Shown here in pieces: positions 47,878 to 57,177 of a stretch of 64,000 nucleotides of DNA (position 1 is its first letter; every line of letters begins with the position of its first letter). The position numbers and the translations under genes are program-made. Source of the stretch: an uncultured virus (IMG/VR IMGVR_UViG_3300009128_000013) (taxonomy: Duplodnaviria > Heunggongvirae > Uroviricota > Caudoviricetes); IMG/VR virus record IMGVR_UViG_3300009128_000013; one strand, given 5' to 3'. The notes under the pieces were generated by a model that did not search any database, was not told the origin of the DNA, and worked only from the letters and a program-made list of their open reading frames with translations.

Positions 47878-50800
47878 ACTTCACCATAGAATTCTTTTCT
47901 TTTTGGGTTATGGGCAGTACATTGTCTACCATGTCTTTTACAGCATCAACATGAGATATTACTAAAATATTTCTAAACCACTGCTTGAGTGAGTTCAATA
48001 ATCGCCCGCATGATTCAACATTCATGTCATCTAGAGCCCCAAACCCTTCATCAATGATAAGCAGTCCCGTCTTTGGAAGGGCACTCATATTGATAAGTGC
48101 TACTCTAATTGCCAAAGATGCCATCATTTTCTCCATGCCACTACCACATTCAATAATTCTTCTAGAATCGCCGTAGTTAATATATATTTCCATTTGATTG
48201 GAATTGGGGTCTGCTTCGAGCTCTACAGTAAATCCTACAACACCCTGCAATATCTTTGATATTTCATCATTTATTACTGGAAGCTGAGCTGACATTATTT
48301 GCAAGGGAATTCCCTTTTTTGACACAGCATTCATGAATAGAGTATAAGTTTTCCACCTGAGGATCAAGTCATTATATTTTTCTTTCTCCGCTTTCAAGCT
48401 CTTAATCTCTGCATCAAGTCGACCTACTGTCTTTGTTAATTCACTTCTTTGTGTGTCTAAGTCATTGATCTGATCAGTGAGTGCCTGGATTTCTTTTCTA
48501 GCATAACTCATTTTCTTTGCGTCTTCAGTATCAGAAGCCCTTAATTTCATGCTTTGCAAATCTCTGCTAGCATCAGATATTGAATCTATTACAATTTTTC
48601 TTCTAGATACTACTGCAGAGAGTGACAATTTTTCATCTCTTAGATTTATTTGTAGCGAACTCTCTTTTCTCAATATTGCATCATATTTTTCAATTTTATC
48701 ATGCAAGCATTCATTCTTGAGAGTATTCAATGATTTTTTTGCAGATTTAACTTTGTCATAATTTTCTTTGACGAGATTTTGTTGTTCGTCTATTTTTTTC
48801 TTAGCAGTGTGTGAATTTTTTATAAATTTACACTTGGGAAATTGATCCCCGCATGGAACATCTTCTAAAATCTTGACAGATTTTTTTTGTCCCTTGAGAA
48901 GAATCTTTGACTTTTCATGAATATGACTCAAATCTGTCAATGCCCGTTCTAAATCTTGCTGTGCTTCATATCGTTCTGTGAGATCATCAATTGGAAATTG
49001 ACTCTTGAGTGTCTGAATTGATGATATTTTTGATTGTACTGACGCTATGCTTTTGTTTATTTTATTACAGTTTTCCTCTATTGACTTAAGTTCAGATTGT
49101 GATAACTCAATAGCTTCTTGTTGCTTGTCGATATCAATTTGTGTTACTAGCTCACTGTCTTTGCTCGTTGCCATAGATATCTTAAGTTCTTCCATGTTCG
49201 AACGAAGCTTAGTCAGATTATTCTCTAAATCTAGGCGCAATCGTACGTTCGATCGCTTGTCAATTCCCTTTTCTGTAATTAATGTATCCCAGTCTCTATC
49301 TGATGAACTACTAAGCAGCGCTTTAATTTGCGAAGATTCATCTTTAGCCAAAGCCATCATATCATCGAAAATATTCAAATCCAAGAATTTAGTCAATATT
49401 GACTTTCTTTGGGTTGCGCCATTCTTGATAAAGTTATTCATTTCTCCCTGACTAGCTAATGATGTCATCAGGAAATCTTCAGGTGTGCCCACCAGAGTCC
49501 TCAACGTCTTTTCAGTTGCTCTTCTCTGTTCGCCATTCATGTCAACTATTACATTTCCAGATTCATCAACTTCGCTTAAGTTTAAGTGTGTAGTAGCGCT
49601 AATTTTTCCCTTTCTATTAGACTTCTTGGTAGATTGACGATCTACCAAGTAATTTTTTCCATTAGCACTCATATAAATTCGAGCTCGGCAATAGCCTTTC
49701 CTCATATTGATTACATGCAAATTAGAAATCGATCCTCGATCTGTAGTGTTATATAAGCCGTACATCAAAGATCCTGGGATCGACGATTTTCCTGATCGAT
49801 TCTTTCCAAATATTCCAGTGATTCCGCTCATTGAATCAAAATTAATTACATTATCTTTGCCATATGAAAATAAATTATCAAATTCTAGCTTGTTGATTGT
49901 CCACTTTATATTTCTTGCTGCATCTTTTTTTATAGCTTTCGATGTATATTGTAATACTAATTTGTCTAATCTTTTCCACTCTTCGTCTGAAAGGTTCATA
50001 CTTTTGTAATACTCACGCATTAATCGTGTTTGTGTTGAAACACTTTGAAGATCTTGGGTGTGTATTTTTCCTGAATCGATTGAGACAACTGAAAGATCTG
50101 ATTTTTTATCATATTTGAAAACAATTTCAGTTGCATTTCTATAATCCTTAAGGGCACTGTGCAAGTGTTTTATTTCAGTTTGATTTATGTGAGAAGCAAC
50201 TCTAACTCTAAATCTAGCGCCTACTGGGTATTTTAATGCTTCTTCTACTGTTGTTCTGACATCACCAGTCCAGTCAATAGTTACGAATGGCTTACTGTGC
50301 GGTATTTCGTAGAACGTGCTTTTGTATGTGTCTTTATCTTCAATTTCCCAGAATAGAAATCCTTTACCTGGATCTTCACCGTAATTTTGTTGAATTGTAG
50401 ATCCGGGGTAGGCCACTCGCTTTTCTTTGTCAAGGTACTGGACCTTGTGTATGTCACCCAAGAATGCAAAGTCATAGTCATCGAAAAAGTCTAAGTCAAC
50501 GTCCCCTTCGATTTCCCACTCTATGTCTGTTGTCGATCCGTTAACTCCCCCGTGAAACGTTGCAATATTGATGTCACCCGGGGTTGGCTTGACATCTTTC
50601 CACCCTTCTTCATCAAAACAAGAAAATATACACCAGTTGAATCCCGGGACACCAATTGGGTATGTTCCGGACTTTTTATATAAAAATAGATTGTCATTAT
50701 CAATTGCATTAATAATTGGAGTTATTGCATCTTGTCGGCTCTTATTCAATATAAGCCCATCATGATTACCCAGAATGATGTGTGTTGGACACAAATCTGC

Positions 50801-51010
50801 CATCATAGTAAACCACCAGGTAAGCTTGTCGATAATCTCTGGGGATATGCCTTGTGTCTTAGAATGAACAATATCGCCACCAATGAATATTACATCTGGG
50901 TTTAGAGCTTTTATATTGTCAAACATTGCTGTAAATGACTCGACATACTCATCATGTCGAGTCAATCCTCGCCAGTGAATGTCACTAATATGTACACATT
51001 TTAAACTCAT
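47870..51010 (-). CDS. Fused Mre11/SbcD nuclease - Rad50/SbcC ATPase (gp47-gp46 fusion)
   Basis: SDIH, GGDIVH, GNHD, GDIH phosphoesterase motifs; then GKNRSGKS, coiled coil, GSGMEK, IIDEGFGALD, ISH. Confidence 0.92.
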   Translation of the reverse strand: MSLKCVHISDIHWRGLTRHDEYVESFTAMFDNIKALNPDVIFIGGDIVHSKTQGISPEIIDKLTWWFTMMADLCPTHIILGNHDGLILNKSRQDAITPIINAIDNDNLFLYKKSGTYPIGVPGFNWCIFSCFDEEGWKDVKPTPGDINIATFHGGVNGSTTDIEWEIEGDVDLDFFDDYDFAFLGDIHKVQYLDKEKRVAYPGSTIQQNYGEDPGKGFLFWEIEDKDTYKSTFYEIPHSKPFVTIDWTGDVRTTVEEALKYPVGARFRVRVASHINQTEIKHLHSALKDYRNATEIVFKYDKKSDLSVVSIDSGKIHTQDLQSVSTQTRLMREYYKSMNLSDEEWKRLDKLVLQYTSKAIKKDAARNIKWTINKLEFDNLFSYGKDNVINFDSMSGITGIFGKNRSGKSSIPGSLMYGLYNTTDRGSISNLHVINMRKGYCRARIYMSANGKNYLVDRQSTKKSNRKGKISATTHLNLSEVDESGNVIVDMNGEQRRATEKTLRTLVGTPEDFLMTSLASQGEMNNFIKNGATQRKSILTKFLDLNIFDDMMALAKDESSQIKALLSSSSDRDWDTLITEKGIDKRSNVRLRLDLENNLTKLRSNMEELKISMATSKDSELVTQIDIDKQQEAIELSQSELKSIEENCNKINKSIASVQSKISSIQTLKSQFPIDDLTERYEAQQDLERALTDLSHIHEKSKILLKGQKKSVKILEDVPCGDQFPKCKFIKNSHTAKKKIDEQQNLVKENYDKVKSAKKSLNTLKNECLHDKIEKYDAILRKESSLQINLRDEKLSLSAVVSRRKIVIDSISDASRDLQSMKLRASDTEDAKKMSYARKEIQALTDQINDLDTQRSELTKTVGRLDAEIKSLKAEKEKYNDLILRWKTYTLFMNAVSKKGIPLQIMSAQLPVINDEISKILQGVVGFTVELEADPNSNQMEIYINYGDSRRIIECGSGMEKMMASLAIRVALINMSALPKTGLLIIDEGFGALDDMNVESCGRLLNSLKQWFRNILVISHVDAVKDMVDNVLPITQKEKNSMVKYE

Positions 51011-51021
51011 TCGTTTCCTGT

Positions 51022-51990
51022 CTATAGCAAAGAGCCTGTACTCATTGATTTGATCATACTTCGAAGTCTATCATTACTATTCCACAACGTAGATTTAGAA
51101 TATAGCTTTGAAACAATATCAGCATCTAGATCGCCGACATCTTTTGTACTTGGTATGTTCAGCATTCTAACCCTAATTCCAAATTCACTCAAGCATTTTG
51201 CAATATTGTGAGATTTAACAATTGCATCTTGATCTAAAGCTAATGTGACTGAAGTTTGATTCTTTATAATTTTTCGAAATAAGTCTGATGATTCTGATAG
51301 TTGAGACCCTAGAAGGCATGTTGAATTCATTCTACATTTCATAAGGTCAAAAGGCCCCTCAACTAATGTCAAGTCTTTCTGCCAGTCAATGTTAATGTCA
51401 TTAAAGATAATCTTATTCTTTGATACTGCGACATTCATATACTTTCTAGAATTGTCAGCATCGATAGTTCTTCCTGAATAATAATTCAATTTTCCATCTT
51501 CACTAAAAGATGGAATGATTACACGACGTCGAAATCTTCCTGCTGAGCATGTTCCTAATCTATAATACCATATATCCCTAAGGGTCAGACCTCGTGATTT
51601 TACATATCGAATTGTTTCTTGAATGTCAGGATCCTTAGCATTCATGACACGACCAAGTAATTGAAAGCCGCTAGGTATCGAAACTTTAACTTCTTCTTCA
51701 TCTTTGATAATACTTTCTTCGTAATTGCTCGTGCATCTAAATAATTTTCTAGCATTGTCTGTGTGTGATATGGCGAATTTACGAAAAAGTCTGTCAATTC
51801 GCCTCCCCTTAATTCCACAAACCCAGCAATGAAACATTCCGTCTTCGATTTTGATAACTAGTTTTTTCTTAAAGTCATTTTTGTCATTACAGTTTGGGCA
51901 GCGAACAGCAACATTTACTTTATCTCTGCTAAGCTCGCATGCCCCAAAGGCACGTCTGACTAGCATCAATTTATCATTATAACTACTCAT
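51022..51990 (-). CDS. DNA primase (Zn-binding + TOPRIM)
   Basis: CPNC..FHCWVCG, RVIIP, YSGRTI, VEGPFD, ALDQDA, KDVGD. Confidence 0.9.
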   Translation of the reverse strand: MSSYNDKLMLVRRAFGACELSRDKVNVAVRCPNCNDKNDFKKKLVIKIEDGMFHCWVCGIKGRRIDRLFRKFAISHTDNARKLFRCTSNYEESIIKDEEEVKVSIPSGFQLLGRVMNAKDPDIQETIRYVKSRGLTLRDIWYYRLGTCSAGRFRRRVIIPSFSEDGKLNYYSGRTIDADNSRKYMNVAVSKNKIIFNDINIDWQKDLTLVEGPFDLMKCRMNSTCLLGSQLSESSDLFRKIIKNQTSVTLALDQDAIVKSHNIAKCLSEFGIRVRMLNIPSTKDVGDLDADIVSKLYSKSTLWNSNDRLRSMIKSMSTGSLL

Positions 51991-52022
51991 TGTTATAATA
52001 TTATCACAAATAGTTGATTTGT

Positions 52023-52583
52023 TTAAGCTGTTGCAGCTGCTCTCGCCATAACATATGCGTCGGCCATGTCAAAGCATTTTGGATCTAGTATAGTCTTGCC
52101 TTTTCGAGGGCCACTTTTGAGTGTCTTTGTTGGCCACGAATAACCTTCTAGCTCACTTAGAGCTGATACCCACTCTAGAACTTGATCTTTGGTTGGTTTT
52201 CCGCCGTCTTTCTTTCGAATAAGCTTAATACCTATACTCTTTCTTGCTGTATTGACATTCATGAATTCGGGATCGTACGAGAATTCTTCATAACACAGAT
52301 ATGATACCATTCCGTTGAATCTTGCTAGTGTAGAAAGTGTTTGAGCTGAAGAAAACCCAGAACGGAATGATTGTAAATTTTCTTCTATGCATACACGATC
52401 TACAGAATACATGATGTGCAATCGTGTTAATTGATCTTTGACAATCCTGGCTTTGCGAAACATGCTTTTTTCTTTAGATAAATCAATAAATCCCATTTCG
52501 ATTTTTTCAATAACATCACCTGATTGTGATATTATACACCAGCCAGTACTAGATGTAGATATGTCTAAACCTAAAATAATCAC
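52023..52583 (-). CDS. RuvC-like Holliday junction resolvase
   Basis: ILGLDISTSSTGW, CIEE, DMADA. Confidence 0.85.
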   Translation of the reverse strand: MIILGLDISTSSTGWCIISQSGDVIEKIEMGFIDLSKEKSMFRKARIVKDQLTRLHIMYSVDRVCIEENLQSFRSGFSSAQTLSTLARFNGMVSYLCYEEFSYDPEFMNVNTARKSIGIKLIRKKDGGKPTKDQVLEWVSALSELEGYSWPTKTLKSGPRKGKTILDPKCFDMADAYVMARAAATA

Positions 52584-55048
52584 TAAAAATCCATCTTGAA
52601 TCTAAAGAGGTATCTATCGTCTTCTCTTTTTACAACCGGTTGGGAAAGGTTTGCTCGAGCTATAACATTGAGATTTTCATCGTGAAGATTAATTCCGGTT
52701 ATGTATGTAAACTGATCCCTTAACTCATTTGAAGAGTCTGTGGGCTTAAGGGGCATCCAGTTTGGATTAGACGAAGAGTTGGCTAGTCCCTTAGGGCACG
52801 GAATATTCATTTCCATGACATATACATTATGTTCTCCTGTCAATGATACCTCATAACCATCTATGCCAAGCAAAGGAATGTTTGGTGTCTTTATTACAAC
52901 AATACCCTCTTCGTACAAGATGTTTCCAATTGTATTCCACGTTGCGTTAGTGGTTCTACTATCTGCGCGATATAGACGACCGTTGCCGTCATCTCTTATT
53001 GTCATCTTGACTTTGCCGTCAGAACCTGTTACACTCGAGTCATAAAGTTTGAATGTCCCTGGAACTATTTTTCTACCATAAAACATGTTTGACACATCAA
53101 AAAATACAACTTCATTAGATGAGGGATCTCGTGTTCTGTTTAGAATTGTAAGAATAGATCCTGCACTGACTCCTGGGTCTTCTGGACCTGCGCCCTGTAA
53201 AACATCTGCGATAGAGCCTGTTGACTGAGCCCCACTCGGAAGTGAGGATGTCGACACCATATTGCGAAGTGATATAAGACCATACTTTGCAAAGCCCATG
53301 TCATCTACAAATTTTGATGTTTCGTCAGATGAAGTGGGATTGTCGGGATCAGATCCAGACTTCAAAAGCGTAAAGTTAGGGGTAAATTTTCCATTATCAC
53401 ACGGCAGTACTGTAAGATTTCTCTTTGAGGCTGATCCTGTCTTGTATAAAAATTGATTTGCTGTGAATTCACCAGTAGAAGATTCAACTACTGATGCTGT
53501 TAGATTATAAAGCCTTGGGTAAGACTTTCTGACAAACTCTCTTGAGAAGTTTTCTAAATTAATGAGATGGCCGCCTACACCGAATGACAATGATACATTA
53601 AATGGATCATCTGTAGTTGTCTCTTCTGTTTCGAATGGCGTGAGCATCACGTCTCTTGTATTTGTCTCTTTTACGAAAAATGGCGGTAGTAAAAATAGAA
53701 GCTTATCTTCTATAGACTCATCACCGTACATACTGGAAGTGAATATCTGCTCTGTATCTCTATGCTCTGAGTATATTTTGAGATTGTGAACTTCTGCATT
53801 GAGTGGGTGTTGAAAAAATACAGACGACGGATCTCTAGAATCTGCTGAGTCTAATGATGACTTTCCGTGAAAAAAGTCTACCAAGCCATCTTTCTTTGAT
53901 GCATTGACATTGAAGAATTGTGCAGTAACACTTCCACCCCAATCATCATCACCATTATTGACACCTTCAAAATAATTGCCTACAAATAGACAATCAGACT
54001 CACCTTGTCCTGATCTTGAAAATGTGGTTGGCATTATTGACGAGGATTGTATTATGAAACGTGTATCTTCAATTCCGTCTATGACAAATGAACCAGTCCC
54101 TTTGTTGATATTGGGACCTCCCCAGCGAACTGCTACGTGATGCCACTTGTTCTTTTGTATCATATTATCACTAGACAAGAATATTAGATCACCTATTCCA
54201 GATACACTTCCTGAGTAGGTATCAGCCTTCTTGAAAGAAGTTCCATCAATGTTCGTCTTGAGCGTTCCAGTAGTCAATATGTTAGACGGCGGAATATCTG
54301 CACTGTGGCTTAGCTGCAAAAGAATTCTAAAGCCGTCAACTAATCCGTCCTTATCACGTGACGTTCCAGAAACTAATGAAACTGCATATGATGATGATTT
54401 GTGAAATATAGTACCCGGAGTATAAGATGTACCGGAGACATCATTAGAATACCTTGCATTCAACCAAAACTCAAATGTAAATCCATCTGATGGGGTGTAC
54501 GGGTAATCATTTGTCGACGAATTTCCCGATGCAGGATATATCAGAACAGAGTCACTTGGCACTGTTGACGCTGTGAAAAAGTTCAATGTGTGATAATTGT
54601 AATATGACCAGTCTAAATCAGGGTAACGATGCTTATAGTACGGAAACATAATGTTCTGAACTACATTTTTTCTCAGTGTGTCACTGGTAAACTTATAAGA
54701 CGGCTCAAATCTTAGAATATCTAACTTTTTTTGGCGAACAGGAGAGAACGTTCCGGAGTTAACCATCTCCATATAATATTCAACAGACTTACTAATATCA
54801 GCAACTTGTGTTCCAGTTAGGAAAGAATTGCTTAGTGCTTGATTTCTAGACTCTTCAATTTGCGATGCATCAAAAGAGCCTGTTCCAAAATCATCAGAGG
54901 GCTGGGGATCTTTTTCTATCTTTGATGCACGAGGAAAGACAGGTATAGATCCTGTTGCTCCTGCTGTTCCTGAAGTAAATGTTCGCTTAGGATTTGCAGT
55001 TAATTTGAATAATTCAAAATTATCTGATGTAAGCGGAATTATTGACAT
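52583..55048 (-). CDS. Virion protein with a LamG/concanavalin-like domain and a fibre-anchor-like C-terminus
   Basis: FTFEFWLN, KWHHVAVRW; C-terminal ITGINLHDENLNVIARANLSQPVVK...FRFKMDF. Confidence 0.65.
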   Translation of the reverse strand: MSIIPLTSDNFELFKLTANPKRTFTSGTAGATGSIPVFPRASKIEKDPQPSDDFGTGSFDASQIEESRNQALSNSFLTGTQVADISKSVEYYMEMVNSGTFSPVRQKKLDILRFEPSYKFTSDTLRKNVVQNIMFPYYKHRYPDLDWSYYNYHTLNFFTASTVPSDSVLIYPASGNSSTNDYPYTPSDGFTFEFWLNARYSNDVSGTSYTPGTIFHKSSSYAVSLVSGTSRDKDGLVDGFRILLQLSHSADIPPSNILTTGTLKTNIDGTSFKKADTYSGSVSGIGDLIFLSSDNMIQKNKWHHVAVRWGGPNINKGTGSFVIDGIEDTRFIIQSSSIMPTTFSRSGQGESDCLFVGNYFEGVNNGDDDWGGSVTAQFFNVNASKKDGLVDFFHGKSSLDSADSRDPSSVFFQHPLNAEVHNLKIYSEHRDTEQIFTSSMYGDESIEDKLLFLLPPFFVKETNTRDVMLTPFETEETTTDDPFNVSLSFGVGGHLINLENFSREFVRKSYPRLYNLTASVVESSTGEFTANQFLYKTGSASKRNLTVLPCDNGKFTPNFTLLKSGSDPDNPTSSDETSKFVDDMGFAKYGLISLRNMVSTSSLPSGAQSTGSIADVLQGAGPEDPGVSAGSILTILNRTRDPSSNEVVFFDVSNMFYGRKIVPGTFKLYDSSVTGSDGKVKMTIRDDGNGRLYRADSRTTNATWNTIGNILYEEGIVVIKTPNIPLLGIDGYEVSLTGEHNVYVMEMNIPCPKGLANSSSNPNWMPLKPTDSSNELRDQFTYITGINLHDENLNVIARANLSQPVVKREDDRYLFRFKMDF

Positions 55049-55071
55049 AAAAACTCATATTACTACTAAAA

Positions 55072-56340
55072 CTAAAAATCTAAACGTATGCGGAACGTGA
55101 CATCTTTTTCATCGTTCTTCTCAATTGGTCTAGACATCTTAGCAACTGCTAATAAGTTTCCGACGTCATCATAAAGTCCTACAGTCGTCGGAAATGTAAA
55201 CGATCTCTGGAATTGTTCCTGGCCCTGATCGATGACACGTATTTTTCCCACATCATTTGTAAATGTGGGATTAGAAGAGTAGTTAAAGTCATCTGCAGTT
55301 GCTCGACAAAATATCAACATAGAATTGATAGTTGTAATATTTTGAAATGTCATTGCTGTGAGTGTGCCTGACGAGAATCGTGTAGTACATATGTGATCCA
55401 CAATATCATCAATTGATGCTGACGTCATTAAGTCTGGAATAAATTTCGCTGATTTTGATCCAGCACCGTATAGACCTCCAATAACTGTCTTCCCTGAAGA
55501 CAACCCTAGTGCAGTGTTATTGTTCATTCCGTCAATAACACCGGAAACGAATTGCGTTCCAGACATTACCTTGTTGAGATCAAACACTATAGTGCCGTGA
55601 TCATAAAAGATCAGGCCGACTTTGTTTGCAGTGTTATCTGCCTGTACAATATTAGCTACTTCTCCTCCAAATGTCTGTACAGTATTTGTTGCTGCACCGA
55701 TATCTGTGAATATCGTACTACCCGTTGTACTGGTTCTATTTAGATTTGTGAAGTATGGCTGTTTTGCATTGATCCCTGACGTTTCTCCACTCAAATCTCC
55801 ATCTTTCTCTTCTGGGTAAACAACAACCCCGGTAGTATAAAATCTTAGTGCAAATGTTTCTTTCTTGATCTTATCTCGTGAGAAAAGACGTTTGAAAGAG
55901 ATGAAGTAGGCATTTTCAATCCTGTTGTCATCATTAGAATCATTATACGGAGCATAAAAAGCAGTCTTAGCATTGCCAAGAAGAAGCTTTGAATACTGAC
56001 TGTATATGTCAACTTTCTCCCTCATCATTAGCGATGTAGAAGGAAATAATAATTTCCCTGAACTATCTTCCCCGCTTGATGCTGTTTGAACAGTTGCGCC
56101 AGAAAGATAAAGTCCTACTGTAACATCCATGATCGGATTAGCAGTTTGAAGTGTAAAATTCTGATCATAAATTGTCTGGAACAAAGAACTAGTAACACCG
56201 GGACCGACGCCACCAGTTACAAATACTTGATATTTTCTGCGCGTGTTTGAACCCGAGATATCTTCTTGTATGATATCAACTAACTGATTCAAATATGATT
56301 TAGTCTGTTTTGTTGACTCAACGTCTTTTAATCTACCCAT
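55072..56340 (-). CDS. Virion (baseplate/fibre-attachment) protein
   Basis: FNYSSNPTF; C-terminal TTVGLYDDVGNLLAVAKMSRPIEK...FRIRLDF. Confidence 0.65.
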   Translation of the reverse strand: MGRLKDVESTKQTKSYLNQLVDIIQEDISGSNTRRKYQVFVTGGVGPGVTSSLFQTIYDQNFTLQTANPIMDVTVGLYLSGATVQTASSGEDSSGKLLFPSTSLMMREKVDIYSQYSKLLLGNAKTAFYAPYNDSNDDNRIENAYFISFKRLFSRDKIKKETFALRFYTTGVVVYPEEKDGDLSGETSGINAKQPYFTNLNRTSTTGSTIFTDIGAATNTVQTFGGEVANIVQADNTANKVGLIFYDHGTIVFDLNKVMSGTQFVSGVIDGMNNNTALGLSSGKTVIGGLYGAGSKSAKFIPDLMTSASIDDIVDHICTTRFSSGTLTAMTFQNITTINSMLIFCRATADDFNYSSNPTFTNDVGKIRVIDQGQEQFQRSFTFPTTVGLYDDVGNLLAVAKMSRPIEKNDEKDVTFRIRLDF

Positions 56341-56363
56341 CTCAACCCTCTATAAATTGATGA

Positions 56364-57068
56364 TTATGTTTCATCTCTTATCTCTATTTGCATATCAGCA
56401 CGAAGCCCAGATTGATGACCAATTACAGTAACAATTGTCGAAATCGATGATTTGTTTGTGCTTGGATCACCGTATACATTGAAGTCTGTTATCGTTAGAC
56501 CCTGATTTACAGATAGTGACAATGATAATGTTGTACCCATATTTGTTGCATTTCCTGCTACTTTATAAACTGCAGTTTGGTGCATATTTTGTGTATCATA
56601 TAATTTCTGCGACGACGTCGAAGATCTAAAGCTAAGAAATCTTGTAGGAAGGCTTACTATAAATGATGTATCTTGAAACCCTGTCGGAACTGATGTTGAT
56701 ACACCTTCCATCTTAGTTTCAAGTGATAATGTAATTGCTGTATTATTTTTCTTAAAAGATAGACTAGTCGGAGAAACAATACTCATTACGGGCAAGGTAT
56801 CCAGGGGCCCTGACTGTGACACTAAAGGATGTTTGAGCGCAATTTCACCCATCGTTTGTGCTTCAAATACAGGTGTATTCTTTATTATTTTTTCTTTTCC
56901 AACTGTTCGACCGAATCTCTCAATAATTCTGTAGTCGACTTCGTCATCTGCTAGAGTATATTGTACAACTTGAAATGCGCCAGCATTTGTTGCTAAAATC
57001 TCTCTACCCTTCTCTGTAAGTACTGCATCGACGATTATATTATTAGAACTGTGATCAAGGAAACCCAT
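56364..57068 (-). CDS. Virion (baseplate/fibre-associated) protein
   Basis: MGFLD..IIVDAVLTEKGREILA..YTLADDEVDY. Confidence 0.6.
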   Translation of the reverse strand: MGFLDHSSNNIIVDAVLTEKGREILATNAGAFQVVQYTLADDEVDYRIIERFGRTVGKEKIIKNTPVFEAQTMGEIALKHPLVSQSGPLDTLPVMSIVSPTSLSFKKNNTAITLSLETKMEGVSTSVPTGFQDTSFIVSLPTRFLSFRSSTSSQKLYDTQNMHQTAVYKVAGNATNMGTTLSLSLSVNQGLTITDFNVYGDPSTNKSSISTIVTVIGHQSGLRADMQIEIRDET

Positions 57069-57177
57069 AATTGCTTGCCCTCCGCTTTATGTTATATGCC
57101 ACTGTGACACTATTCTACGATTCTTCATTAAGTATATGACTTTATCGTGTCTGGTAAAAGGTTGAAAATACTTTCTA

